Below are positions 26,001-38,700 of a stretch of 64,000 nt of DNA, piece by piece. The position numbers were made by a program, and so were the translations under genes. The stretch's first letter is position 1. Every line of letters starts with the position of its first letter. This DNA comes from Gekko japonicus (taxonomy: Eukaryota): positions 61,311 through 125,310 of the forward strand of contig NW_015163625.1 in assembly GCF_001447785.1 (NCBI RefSeq), read 5' to 3'. The notes below the pieces were generated by a model that had not been told where the DNA came from, made no database searches, and saw only the letters and a list, made by a program, of their open reading frames with translations.

Positions 26001-28369
26001 AGCGGTCAAACGGACTGCTTTTAGGGTCCTGTTGGCGCACCCTATTGGGATAACGGAAGTCATAGGGCCTCTTTCTCCAATGGGAGGTGGGCGCAGGAGA
26101 TGGCTGGCGTCTGGCATAATATGGTTTCCAGGAATGGTACCGGTGTCGATGCCGAGACACCCAGGTTCCGAGCCTGCTTCCGACTATCATCGACAGCCTT
26201 TAAGGCTTCGTCAGTGGTAGAGTGGAACAGACCTTTGCCATCAAAGGGGAGATCCTCAATCCGGAATTTCACATTGGGCTGCAAAGAGGTACCTCTTAAC
26301 CAAGCATGATGACAAAGACCGACAGAGGATACAAGAACTTTCGAGGAGCAAGTGACAGCATGACGGACTGAATTAATTTGCTGTTTCGAGAGCGTGCACA
26401 TTTCTGATAAAGCTCCTGACAATGTTGGACGGTGTTCCTCCGGAACAAACTGTAAGACGGGATGGACTGCATTAGCCACATTAAACGCACAGGCCGACAG
26501 ATATGACAGGTAGGTGTCAATACGAAGATTCATAGAGGCGAAGGAATACAACTTCTTCGCGATAACATCGATTTTGTGGCCCTCGTGATCGGGAGGCGCA
26601 GAGTGGCGGGCAGACTGCTTCGATTTCGAGGAAGATTGTATGACCATGGAATTCGGCGGAGGCTGCCTGAAGAGAAACTTCCCTGAGCTCTCTTGAACCT
26701 TATGGAGAGCTTCGTATCATCTGGCGACCGGGGGAATAGAAGCGGGATGAACCCATGTCTCCTTGAGGGCAGAAAGGTGGACCGACAATAGAGGCAGGAC
26801 CGTAGAAGGCCTCAACAAACTTGTGAACATCGGTCACAGCTGGAGATTCAGTGGAACCCTGGACCTGAAGCGCGGAGGCCAACCTGGTTACAAGTTCCAG
26901 ATACGCTTTCAGGCCTTCAGTAGGTGAAATAGACCCCGAGGGCCGAAGCTCATTGTCGATGTGCGGAACATCGAGTTCGAGGTCTGCCAAATCCAAGTTG
27001 TTGGAAATCGACATGGGAGAGGAGGATCTCCACTGTTGAGTGAGATCAGCCGGTATCAGTTGATCAGCTTCATCAATAGGGGGATGAAGCCCAGGTTCTG
27101 AGGGAGAACACTTAGGGGCATCCCTAGGTCTCGAGAGCTCAGGAGGCTGGTCAGGGGCCACAGAGCGGGCTGAAGTCACGGACCGAGATCGTCTGGTGCG
27201 ATCCAAAGTGCGTGGATGCTCATGACATTCGAAGTGATGAAGCCGATCATATCGGTGTCGGTGAGGAGTAGGAGACCTCGGATAATAATACGGATAGTAA
27301 TCCGGCCGATCCCATTCATCAGAAGACCAGTATTTGTCATCAGAATGCCATCCCAAGGGAGAAGGCAACTGGCGACGAATAAGACGCTTTCGATCTTATC
27401 GAGATCGGTGGCCAATAGAATGCTCCCTGCCCTCCAAATGGTGGATCAGGGTACTGGAGTGTGGCGACTGAGATTGAGCGTCCCGGTGACAAGACAAGTC
27501 AGGAGGGGATCTCATAGCTTGACCCAGCAGAATAAGGCCAAGGCTGAAGGGAGTGTAGGCGGCGGTGTCGGAGGTCGCAAGGTGGACTTGTTAGGTACAA
27601 CAGCCACAGCAGGGGTCGATGTCGTTAAGCCACTAATGATGACTGGGTCGGCAGCCGAAGTCGAAGCCGATGTCGAGGGCTTGACTTTCGATTTCGAGGA
27701 AGCCTTACCCTCAGGCCGTTTAGATTTCAACTTTGGTGCCTTCGAAGAGCCATCTGATTTTTGAGAGACAGTCGAAGCCTTGGCAGGGAGCAAGGCTGCC
27801 TCTAAAAGCAGAGCCCTAAGGCGAGTCTCCCTATTACGTCGAGCTTGTCTAGTGAAACTAGCACAATGGACACAGCTATCGACTCTATGGGATTCCCCGA
27901 AACAAAAAAAGCACAAATCGTGACCCGTCGTTTGAGGGAAGTTTAGCTGGGCAATAATGGCACATTATTTTGCCCATACGTTCTCCACCCCACCCACTAT
28001 AAAATAAAAGGGGGGAGAGAAGAGAAAAAAAGAAAGTATTTATTTTTTATTTATTTTTAAATAGTAACAAGAGAGGTACAGAAATGAAGACGGAAGGCAA
28101 CGACATAGAGAGAACTGAAATGTATACTTAGCTGAGGCAAGTACGAAGCAACAGAAACAAGGTGCGAACACACAGGCGGTCAAAGAAAAACTGAGTGGGA
28201 GGCGGCTCTCTCCCCTGCTCCAGGCATGTGCACTACGTGCCTGCTCCCCAGGGCAGGAAGAGAGCCCGCCAAAAGCTTTCTGAGGCAAAGCTCTAGACGT
28301 TTCTCCGGTCGAGGTCATGCGCAGGCGCCCAACGCATGTGTGGGACTGCATAGAGACCACGACGAAGAT
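23099..28369 (-). mobile_element. DIRS1-type retrotransposon copy C, both termini present, degenerate
   Basis: Inverted terminal repeats (~23143-23292 vs ~28190-28338). ICR ~23384-23468 is complementary to both termini. gag has a Cys/His N-terminus (HDLCFFCFGESH..SCVHC) and EDLPFDGKGLF. RT has an internal deletion near 25490 removing YxDD. RNase H (DNTTTVYYINKQGGT), MT and YR (AITTARRVGEL, LDVRRAL, AHSTW, HY) are recognisable. Confidence 0.96.
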
Positions 28370-30167
28370 CATAAAATTATCATTTATAACATAGTTATCA
28401 ATAAAATTGCACTATTTGTCATATTTATGAAGTTTAAAAGCATAATACTTAAAAGTACAAATGCCTTTGTTTTTCCATCTAGCTTATATTTTTGCCAGCT
28501 TAAAGGTAAGAAAATATAAATAGCATACACATTTTTATAGTAAAAAACCAAGAATGTCATTTGGAGAGAAATAAGCCGTAACAAGATAAGCAGTCTGTTT
28601 GGATACATGTATATCATCACTGCACACAGTAAAGCATACTAAAATTTGGTTAAAATTAAATATGTTTTTGAATATATAGAACAAACCATTACCAGGAGGT
28701 CATTTCACACATCTTCTCAGAACACACATTCTCTTCCTGGAGGTTATGCCATCCACTAGGCTCTTACTACACTGACCAGACAATGTACACAATTCCACCC
28801 TAATATGAACCCATTATCTGGGTCTACAGGATACGTGCGGTGTCCAGTTTTTATTCACATTCCTGACTCAATCCATAATTTCAGTCACTGTGATGAATAC
28901 TGGTGCTAGTCAAAAGAAGCTTACTGTGTGCATATCACGATGAAGACAGATTTATGAAAATAAACGTTGATAATGTCTACACTGCACAAACATTTAAGGG
29001 CAAGTTATTTCTTGGCAAAGATCTTGGGAAGTACAAATGCTTTCAAAGAAAATGAATGGCATATTGATACTTCAAACAGATAATAAACATAAGGGATAGG
29101 AAGACATTCTATCTGCTCAATTAACCAAGGCATACGCTTGGATGAATCACATTTCTGTCCTGGAAATTATTCATGTCTCTCATTCTAAAAACCACTAGTA
29201 TAGACTCAGAAGATGCATGTGATTCATGCCAAATAAGGAAGGCACACCTTCACTTTCTCTTCCCCCAGCTGAATAATCTCCACAGTCAAGGCTGAAACCA
29301 GATGAAAGCCAGAAAGATCCTGCACAGACCTAGGTTCAAATTCCCTGCTCAAGTGCTACACCCACCTCACAAAAGTACTGTGAATGAGAATATGCAACCG
29401 TGAGCTCCTTGGAGAAAGGTTAAGAATGTAATAAATGGATAAATACAAAGAACATGCTTTGCCTATGGAAAGACTTGCAATTTGTTTAACTTACAGCAAC
29501 CTTCTATTTTATAGTACGCATGGCTTACAGAACTAGCCACTTGAGTCCAAGTAATTAGGCATGACTTCAGTCTGCCTGCACAAACCCACAGTCTGTTGTG
29601 ATGTGCTGAAGGCATGACCAGACTTCAAGTAGAACCAAGGGAGAAACCAACTGTGTTCTACAAATAATAGATAATGATTCAGTAATGACAACATAAAGCC
29701 AAATAAACTGAATAATCAATTAACTCTAAACTTCATGTCAAAAAAAGCAACAACATTTAAACTGGCTGTCCTACCTTCTCAAACTGAGAGAGTTCTGAGT
29801 AGGGACAACAGGTGAGTGGAGCAAGACACTTTCGAGAGTATGCATGACACAGATTAAACAGTGATTTAAGAGTCAAAACCTAGACTGACACTAGATACTA
29901 TACATCTTCTACATGAAATTAAAAAATAACCAGCTGTAGAATTTATGTATAGTAGATGGGTGTGTCTGTTTGACACAACACATTTAAGAAAGTATTAATG
30001 GTTCAATATAATTTATTTTAAACACACCCAGTTTTCAATTTCAGTAAACTTAAAGAGTTATAATTTTCCAATATCACAGTACTTTCCCCTCAAAAAATCC
30101 CAAAATGTAGCAGCAAATGTATCCTTAATGGCAGCATCTGGTGGACATGCAAGCGAAAACAGACAGT

Positions 30168-30403
30168 GGCTGCGGTCACACATAGGAGGAAATGTGGGCG
30201 GGAAGCGAGGCAGTTTGCCCCTGGCTGAAATGATGCACATTTGCGCGATCACACTTCCGGCTGTGCACCCCGCAGTTTTGGATAGTAGGTTTTACCCGGT
30301 GGCTTTTTGCCATGGTCCTGCAGCGCGATACGACACCCCGCCGACGACTCCGGGACACTGGACATATGCGGGGAAATCGCTTTTGGTACGTATGATCGCA
30401 CCC
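30168..30403. mobile_element. PIF/Harbinger-like MITE
   Basis: GGCTGCGGTCACAC ... GTATGATCGCACCC; 3-bp TSD AGT; CpG-rich. Confidence 0.75.
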
Positions 30404-30595
30404 AGTATCTTATAGCAACAATATTAATGTGAAGGGCAGCAACTGTCTTGAAAAAAGGTTTCTTCGGAAGGTGAAGCCAACATTATCTTTGAGGGAAGGG
30501 GCACACAGGGAAAAAGCGTGTTATGCACATAGTGATACGACATGCCTTACAGTTTTATGAAGCTTTGTAATTATAAACAGTACTTATTGCCTTAC

Positions 30596-30752
30596 CTGCC
30601 AAACAGACTCTCATGAACACCATAAACAGAACATACACTAAGATCTATTAATCCTTTGGGTTTTGTGGCTCGCTTTTCACTTTCAAAATAAATAAGTTGG
30701 GCATCATTGCCCTCTAAAATAAAGTACAAATTCTTCCATCGCTTTCCTTTGC
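30596..30752 (-). CDS. RASA1: RASA1 exon 11 (157 nt), PH
   Basis: KGKRWKNLYFILEGNDAQLIYFESEKRATKPKGLIDLSVCSVYGVHESLFG; AG/GTAAG. Confidence 0.97.
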
Positions 30753-31304
30753 CTGTAAGCAAACAAACATTCAATGGATATGAGAAAAACATTTCATGCT
30801 CTTGACTGTCCACTTCTGATTAGTAGAACGCTGGTTCTTTTTTATATATGGGTTAGATACTACCAACATTTTTTCTGTACACAAGGCGCGGCCATTTTTG
30901 CTGACTTCCCACAATGGACCTCCAGCTCCTCCCCATTCCTGGACTGGAATATTATGGTGCATTCTGGGCAGCAGCAGGAAGGAGCAGTAGGATGTGGTGT
31001 TTTTGTAGACAGAAACGCTTTCATCCATGGAAATTTTAGGCAAAACCAACCTTTTAATTTACACACTGTTTGAAAAGTCTCAATACAGGTGAATATAAGC
31101 AAAACTGATCTCACCATAATGAGGTATGCTTCATTCCCTACAGGTTACATCCTATAGAACCATGAACTGAATGAATTTGCAAAACAATTTTCCCCCCAGT
31201 CCTCCTTATTTCCCTTTATATTTGCCCCAAAATTTTCTGAGGCTTTGGGGACCCTTACAAACAATATAGGTTTCAGAACAAAGGGACTGCAGCCAAAGGG
31301 GGGT

Positions 31305-31581
31305 GGGGAGGAGGAGGAGAATTGGATTTATAGCCCGCCCTTCACGCAGAGTCTCAGAGCGGCTTACAAATTCTTTTCCTTTTCCCTCCCCACAACAGAC
31401 ATCCTGTGAGGTAGGTGGGGCTGAGAGAGTTCTTTCCAGAACTGTCCTTGAGAGAACAGCTCTGATAGAACTATGGCTTGCCCAAGGTCATCCAGCAGCT
31501 GCAAGTGAAGGAGTGGGGAATCAAACCCAGTTCTCTCAGATTAGAGTCCACGCACTTAACCACTACGCCAAACTGGCTCTC
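31305..31581 (-). mobile_element. Squam3-like SINE
   Basis: Reverse-complement homologue of 11536-11812. Confidence 0.85.
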
Positions 31582-32160
31582 TATGGGGAGCCTATAGAAA
31601 TTGCCCTGCAACTTGCAAACGATGGTGGATGTTCCCGTAACCCCTCCAATGCCACAACCCAGATTGTTCCCAAAGGTCCGATGACCCCCAGGATGCAAGG
31701 AGATGCCAAGGAAAGGGGAAGATACAAAAAACTCAGCTGACATTTCTATGGAATCCAAGATGTGAACTCAACAGCAGATCTAAGAGAAAAACTTGCAGAA
31801 TGCAAGTGTTGAATACAACCAGGTCTCAAACTTGGATCAATCATCTGATAGCACAATTAGGAGGTTTAAGAGAGAGAACTCCATCCAAAGCTTTGGGGAT
31901 GCCTCAATATATTCCTGGAACTTCTGCAGTAATGATACTTTAGACATGTAAAGTATCATTACTTTAGTTAAGTATAACTTCAACTCCACAATGCACTAAT
32001 GAGAAGAAAATGAAAGACAGGAGGACTGCAGAAAAAACCTGGCATGTTTTGTGTTTTTACTCATTGCTAATGGCACTCCTTACCATACATAGCGCTTGAA
32101 AGGGTGCAGAGCCTGAGAATCCAGAGTTATTTTTAACATAAAGTTCTGTCCCATACTTAC

Positions 32161-32281
32161 TTTTCTTCAGAAGGTATCCTTTTTTAACAATATTTTTATA
32201 GAATGCATCCTTTGTTTTACGACGAATTGTATTGTAGATCTCTTTTCCATCCACTGTGTCATTAAGCACTTGTCCTTGATG
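32161..32281 (-). CDS. RASA1: RASA1 exon 10 (121 nt), PH start
   Basis: HQGQVLNDTVDGKEIYNTIRRKTKDAFYKNIVKKGYLLKK; AG/GTAAGT. Confidence 0.97.
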
Positions 32282-32727
32282 CTGGAAAAGAAAAACATAA
32301 CCATTGGTTTTAATATTTGAAACATCAGATGAATCTTGCAATTGAACTAGAACATCAAAAATACAAAGAACATTTCCTAACAACCTATGATTGCTTTGTG
32401 TTGCTATAAAACAATCACTGGAATTGTTACAGCTTAGAGATCCTGGTAGCGCATGTTAAAAGGAATATGCAGGGGTGATCAGAATTGGGATAATCTGACA
32501 GATCTGTCAGTGCTACAGCAGTTCTCCCATTACATTCTGATTAGGTCAACCAGCATTTTTCAGCTTCTTCCCTCCTCCACTCCCCAGCTGTTACTGCTTT
32601 CAGATTAGGAGCAGAATTTAAAGAGACATCAAAATGGGATTGAACCATTTGAAAAGGATCATAGAATCAGGAGATATAAATAGGTATAAGTGCCATGAGA
32701 ATAAACTTTCTGCACACAGTGTCTCAC

Positions 32728-32806
32728 CTGCATTGGGACAGGGTCTTTAAGATAGTAACCTTCAACAATTTGTTCTTTTCTATAGTGCTCAATGATGTCA
32801 GCAATA
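32728..32806 (-). CDS. RASA1: RASA1 exon 9 (79 nt)
   Basis: IADIIEHYRKEQIVEGYYLKDPVPMQ; AG/GTGAG. Confidence 0.96.
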
Positions 32807-34528
32807 CTGTTAAGAAAACACAAATGAAACAAGACGGTCTGAATAAACGAATGCCATTTTACTACAGTTGAACATGAAATAACTGATATTCACATATATT
32901 TGGTTTGGATCATAAGCCTTGCTTTCATTTGTGCTGCGCAGTTTCCCATTGTGAGATGGGGCTCTGCTGTGAAGTGCTAGGAACTTCTCATGCAAGGCTA
33001 AAGTCTTTCACTAAGCTGACAAGCACCATTTTCCAGAGGAACATGCACCACAGCAGATGATGAGGTGGAGCAAGCAAGGCTTAAGATCTTATTCATTTAT
33101 TTGTGAATATGTTGTTAAAACAGAAACCAAAAATGTGTGTTTTGGACTTTGTTGAAAGAAAAGCAGAAACCGAAGTGGAAAAGACAATCTAATTTTTACA
33201 AAGATATGACTTTATTGATCCAAAGTTCAGCACCATATCAACACGGATGAGAGCTCCAGTAATAAAGATGATTCAAACTCCTGTTAGAATATGCCAATAT
33301 TCAAAAGTGTCAGTCAGAAACCAAGTTTCCTCATGTTCAAGTAAGGGCAAAAACATCACCACGATTCCAGCAATGCTGAAAATTGTAGTTTTATTAGAAA
33401 TAATTTTCCAAGTTTCTCTGTAACTAAGGATGAGGAATGGGAGTCACTTTAACATGCAAAGCAATTTATTTCTAAGAGGGTAGAAATAGAAAAGGACTTT
33501 AACACAGATTATGCAGACTACACTGTGAAATCACTAAACTATCATGTTAAATTAAGTATGCTATCAGTGGGAGCTACTTTTCAGAGAAACCTGCATTCTA
33601 ATTACCACATATGGCCAGGTTAAAATTACATTTGAAGGACACAGGATTGGAAGATTTACAGAGGAAGCCTAACATTCCACACTTGTACTTCTTACTCACA
33701 CTTCTTACTGAAACACACTTGTACAACATTATAGTGAGAAAGGCAATCTAGAAATAAATGGAATGTATGATAGGTTTTGGTAAAAAAAGGTACCTATGAT
33801 TAAATTTCTGGATCAAGTTACACTTTTCAAAAATGTGTTATCCTGATAGTCAAAATAAAGAATGGAGAAATTATTTTAGCAAGTAAAAGGATCCGCTCAA
33901 AAGACTGCTTCCAATTCTTTTGGCAGTTGTAGACCAATAAAAGCCAACTCTATAATCTGTTCAGAGGTTTATGTTATATTCACCAGATATGAACTGTTCA
34001 TTTTACAAATTGTATTCTATAAAAAGAACATAAAGTGCTTGATATTGCAAGTGTCACACTACAAAGCAGTTGAGGATCTGGGAAAACCTCTTGGATACAA
34101 AAGTCTTGGTTCAAATTCACTGATTCATTTTCTACCTTGGCCTTCTCTTAATAATCAATATGGTTACAGTAGAGCAAATGACGAAGGCTGAAATTTTGGA
34201 TGTTTATTTGCAAGCATCATTCATCCAAGATTTAAGAGTGTTATTTCTGTCAACTCATAGTTATCTGAGGAATGCTAACTGACAATATATTAAGTCAAGT
34301 TTCATTTTGCCTAGAGCTATTTGCAAACAAACTACCACATCATCAAGGTTACAAGTATCTCTGAAGAATACAAATATAATTGTTGCAAAAATAAAGGAAC
34401 ATCTCCAAAGAAAATTTATACTTCAATGATAAATATAGAAAAGCTGAAAAAAATAAGGATTCAAACAAAAATATATAAAACACTGGCCAGAAAAAAATAA
34501 TCTCCACAAAACTTTGGCCATACTCTAG

Positions 34529-34730
34529 TGAGAGTCAGTATGGTGTAGTGGTTAGAGTGTCAGACTGGGATCTTGGAGACCCAGGTTTGAACCTCCAATC
34601 TATCATGGCAACTTGCTCGGTTACCTTGTGCCTATAACATATTCCAGGCCTAGCCTACCTTATAGGGTTGTTGTGAGAATAAAATAGAGGTGAATGCTGT
34701 AAAATGCTTTGGATACCACTGGAGAGAGGT
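34529..34730 (+). mobile_element. older Squam3-like SINE
   Basis: GAGAGTCAGTATGGTGTAGTGGTTAGAGTGTCAGACT...CCAGGTTTGAACC...TAGCCTACCTTATAGGGTTGTTGTGAG. Confidence 0.75.
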
Positions 34731-34968
34731 ATGACACTCAAACCAAACAGATACATATATTACCTCAGCTTTAGCTTATAGCATTCCACCACATAATTTA
34801 TACTGTATGACAGATATGGGGAATCATCATCTGTGCAAGAATATACCTACTGTGTGCATTTTCTGAGGTGGAAAACTGATGAATTCCACCACATACCTAC
34901 TAAGGGACATGAACAATGCTCTATGGTAACTAACCATAGTCTGTTTTTTTTTAATTTTACTTTATTTT

Positions 34969-35500
34969 GGCCCCGGTCACACGGGCAGGAAACTGTGGGG
35001 GAGAAGCATGGCTGTTTGCCCTGGGGCAAACTACTGCGCAGTTAAGCGATCAGACCGCCCATGGAGGTCCTGTGGAGGTACCGTGGAGGTTCCATGGCAA
35101 GGGAGAGGTGCTGATCACAGGACAAGCCGGCACGCAACGAAGAAGCGCACACCGCGGCAAACTGTTTTGTTTTTGTGTGTACATGGCAAATGCGCATGCT
35201 CCGTTGGGTGCGTGTGCGCATCCACAGAGACTTGGACAAAAAAAACACACCTTATGTGCAAGGGGACACGGGCGGGCGCCGGATGCCACCGGAAACGCAA
35301 TCAGACGCCCGCCCTTGCCCCGCAGTTTCTGGAAACTAGTACCTCCAAGGTACTAGTTTTTTGCCACGCAGTTTCGGCTGGAAACCTCGGTTGAGCCACG
35401 GGAGTGCTACGCTTCCCAGATGTGCTGGTGAGATCGCGCCCGGAAACTCTGCCTGTGTTCCGTAGCACTTGTGTGGCTTCTGTTCCGTGTGACCGCAGCC
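34969..35500. mobile_element. PIF/Harbinger-like MITE
   Basis: TIRs GGCCCCGGTCACACGG / CCGTGTGACCGCAGCC; 3-bp TSD TTT; CpG-rich. Confidence 0.78.
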
Positions 35501-35766
35501 TTTGAAAGGAATATAGGATCAGTTCTGATGAGCATTCCTCATCCTAGTTTTATCTTTAAAAATTTAAGTTGAGAACTGGAATGAATAGAGAAATGAAAGT
35601 ACTATATGCTCACGCTTACACAAGGTACCCCATGTACTATATGCTCACGCTTACACAGTCATAATAACCAAAAATATTCTGCCATTTTGTCTATCATTCT
35701 CTCATTTTCTATATACACAGGAAAAAAATTATCAAAAGTAAATTTGCTGTAAAATTTACCTCAAGT

Positions 35767-38700
35767 AGAAAAACAGGTTGCTTACCTGTAACTGATGATC
35801 TTCGAGTGGTCATCTGTGCATTTACACCCATGGGATCTAGTGCGCACACGCTGGATCGATCGGTGCTGTAGCAAGCTCTTTTAACGGATTTTCGTGCCCA
35901 GTCCCTCGGGCATGCGCAGGAACCCCACCGCGCATGCCCAGATGGGTGGATGCGGACTTCCTGCCAGTTCCTACAATCCGCTGCAAATCAACCCCTAGTA
36001 AAAATGTAGAAGCTGACAGCAGCGGGGAAGGAGGGCGGGTGGTGTGAATGCACAGATGACCACTCGAAGGTCATCAGTTACATGTAAGCAACCTGTTTAT
36101 CTTCGACGTGGTCTCTGTGCTTCACACCCATGGGAGATTAGCGAGCATTAGCCTACCTGGAGGAGGGTGCTAGCAGGTCTTTTACTGCATAGCCAAAGAC
36201 AAAATGTGACGTCCCATGTTGGTACTGGTGTTGGTATGGATGTTGTGATGTCCACTGTCCAGGACAAATCCAACAACTTCTCAGTCGAGCCCTGATAGGG
36301 CCAGGCAATGGCTGTTCGGCGATCTGGTAACACAGACGGATGAGACCCACAATCCACTTTGACAGGCGCTGGGCCATGATGCGAGTGCCCAGTCGTGCTG
36401 ACGCGTAAGAGATGAACAGTTGTGAGTCTTGTCTAGTCGGGCATGTTCTATTGAGGTAGAACAGGAGAGCTCGTTTCATGTCCAAGGTGTGGAGTAGTTT
36501 GTCTTCTGCTGATGTTGGATTTGGGATGAAATCAGGGAGGAAGACCTCCACCTCCAGGTGGAACTCTGACACCACCTTCGGCAGGAAGGAGATGTCCGGG
36601 ACGAGGTGGACTCCATCTGGCAAAAACGACAGGTAAGATGTATCATGCCGGAAGCCAATATTTCTCCAACTTGCCTTGTCGATGTGATAGCAATTAAAAA
36701 GGCCATTTTCCATGCGAGGAGTTTGATGTCACATGTAGCAAGCGGCTCAAAGGGCTTCCTCGTGAGCTGGCGTAGAACTAGAGGAAGGTCCCAGGGAGCG
36801 ACTGGAGTTTTGACAGGAGGGTAGAGGTGTAACAAACCTTTTAAAAATCATTTGGAAATTGGATGAGAAAACAAAGTGCATCCATTAACTGGAACATGGT
36901 AGGACGAGAGAGCGGCCAAATAAACTCTTAACGATGAATGAGAAAGTCCCGAGTCAGCTAAGGAGAGGAGGAATTGGAAAACTGTTTCGAGACCCACTGA
37001 GGTGGCTCAAGGAGCATAATCACCTAGGGAAGAACAGAACCTTTGCCATTTATAATTGTAAATGTAGGCTTCCTGGAGTTCAAGAGGACGTTCACTATGT
37101 GGGAGGAGAAGCCGGTGATGTTATCTGCCATGCCGTCAGTTTCAATTGTGGTATGTCGTGATGTAGGACGGAGGAGTCGGAGAGAAGGAGGAGGTCCTGA
37201 GCCGGAGGGAACTGATGGTATATCCCCTGTGATAACTCGAGGACCGTTGAAAACCAAGGTTGTCTTGGCCACCATGGAGTTATTAAGATACAGTCCGCGG
37301 CGTCTTTGAGTATTTTGCAGACCACTCTCAGAAGCAGAGGTAAGGGTGGGGGGGACAGGTAAAGAAGTCCTGAGGGCCAAGGGTAAAGGAGACCGTCTCC
37401 CAGAGATTGTGGGTCATTGCCTCCTTGTCACGTTTGGAAAAGTGGGAGGAGGTATGTTGGTTTCATTCCCCACTCGTGAAGGCTGACTCCTGCTCGACTT
37501 AGATGGTCTGCCTGCACGTTCATGTGTCCGGGAATGTGAGTGGCTACGAGGAATATGTTGTTGGTGATGCAAAGCTCCCACAATTGAATGGCAAGGGTGC
37601 AGAGTCGCAGGGAAACAGTGCCTCCCTGTCTGTTGACATAAGAGAGCGCTGTGGTGTTGCCTGTGAGGACCATGACACATTTTCCCTTGATTAAAGGGAG
37701 GAAACTGGTGACAGCGTGTTGTATAGCCGAGAGTTCTAGGAAGTTTATGTGTCGCTTCCTCATCTGTGTGTTCCACTTGTCTCCAACAGAAAGGCCCATG
37801 GAGTGTGCACCCCATCCCATCAGGGAAGCATCCGTTGTAATGGTGACGGAGGGTGACGGAGGGTGGAAGGGCGCTCTCTGAAGGATATTCGAAGGGACAG
37901 TCCACCAAAGTAAAGAGTCCTGTATGCTGGGAAGAGGGGATAGGACGACATTGTGTGCGTTTTTCGACAGATCGTAGTTGCGGATAAACCAGAGCTATAA
38001 AGGGCGCATTTTGAGTCTTGCAAAGACGAGGACCGACATCGTTGCAGCCATCAGGCCTAGCCACCTCTGAATCTGGAAGGCAGTGATGGAGGATTGGGTA
38101 CGGACAACGGTGGCTAAAGAAATGATATCTGCTGCCCTGTCGTGGGGCAGGTAAGCCATGCATGTCTTTGAATTCAGTATTGCGCCGATGTACTGAATTC
38201 ACTGGACCGGACACAATTGAGACTTTTGTCGATTGACTCGCAGGCCCAGATTCTCCAATAGTGCCAGAGTCTCTGTGACACTGGAGACCAAGGCGTCCTT
38301 GGAAGGCACTACCAGAAGCCAATCGTCAATGTACGGGTAGATGGAGATACCCCGGAGACAGAAGAAAGCTGCAACCACAATCATAGTCTTTGTGAAGACC
38401 CTTGGTGCGCTGGATAGGCCGAATGGAAGGGCCATATACTGGTAGTGCTGCTGACCAATCGCAAAGACAGTTCCCTTAGATCTAATATGGCTCGAACGCC
38501 TCTGTCTCTCTTTGGGACTGTGAAGTAATGGGAATAAAATCCCGTCCCTTGGAGGTGTGGTGGAACATGTTTGNNNNNNNNNNNNNNNNNNNNNNNNNNN
38601 NNNNNNNNNNNNNNNNNNNNNNNNNNNNNNNNNNNNNNNNNNNNNNNNNNNNNNNNNNNNNNNNNNNNNNNNNNNNNNNNNNNNNNNNNNNNNNNNNNNN

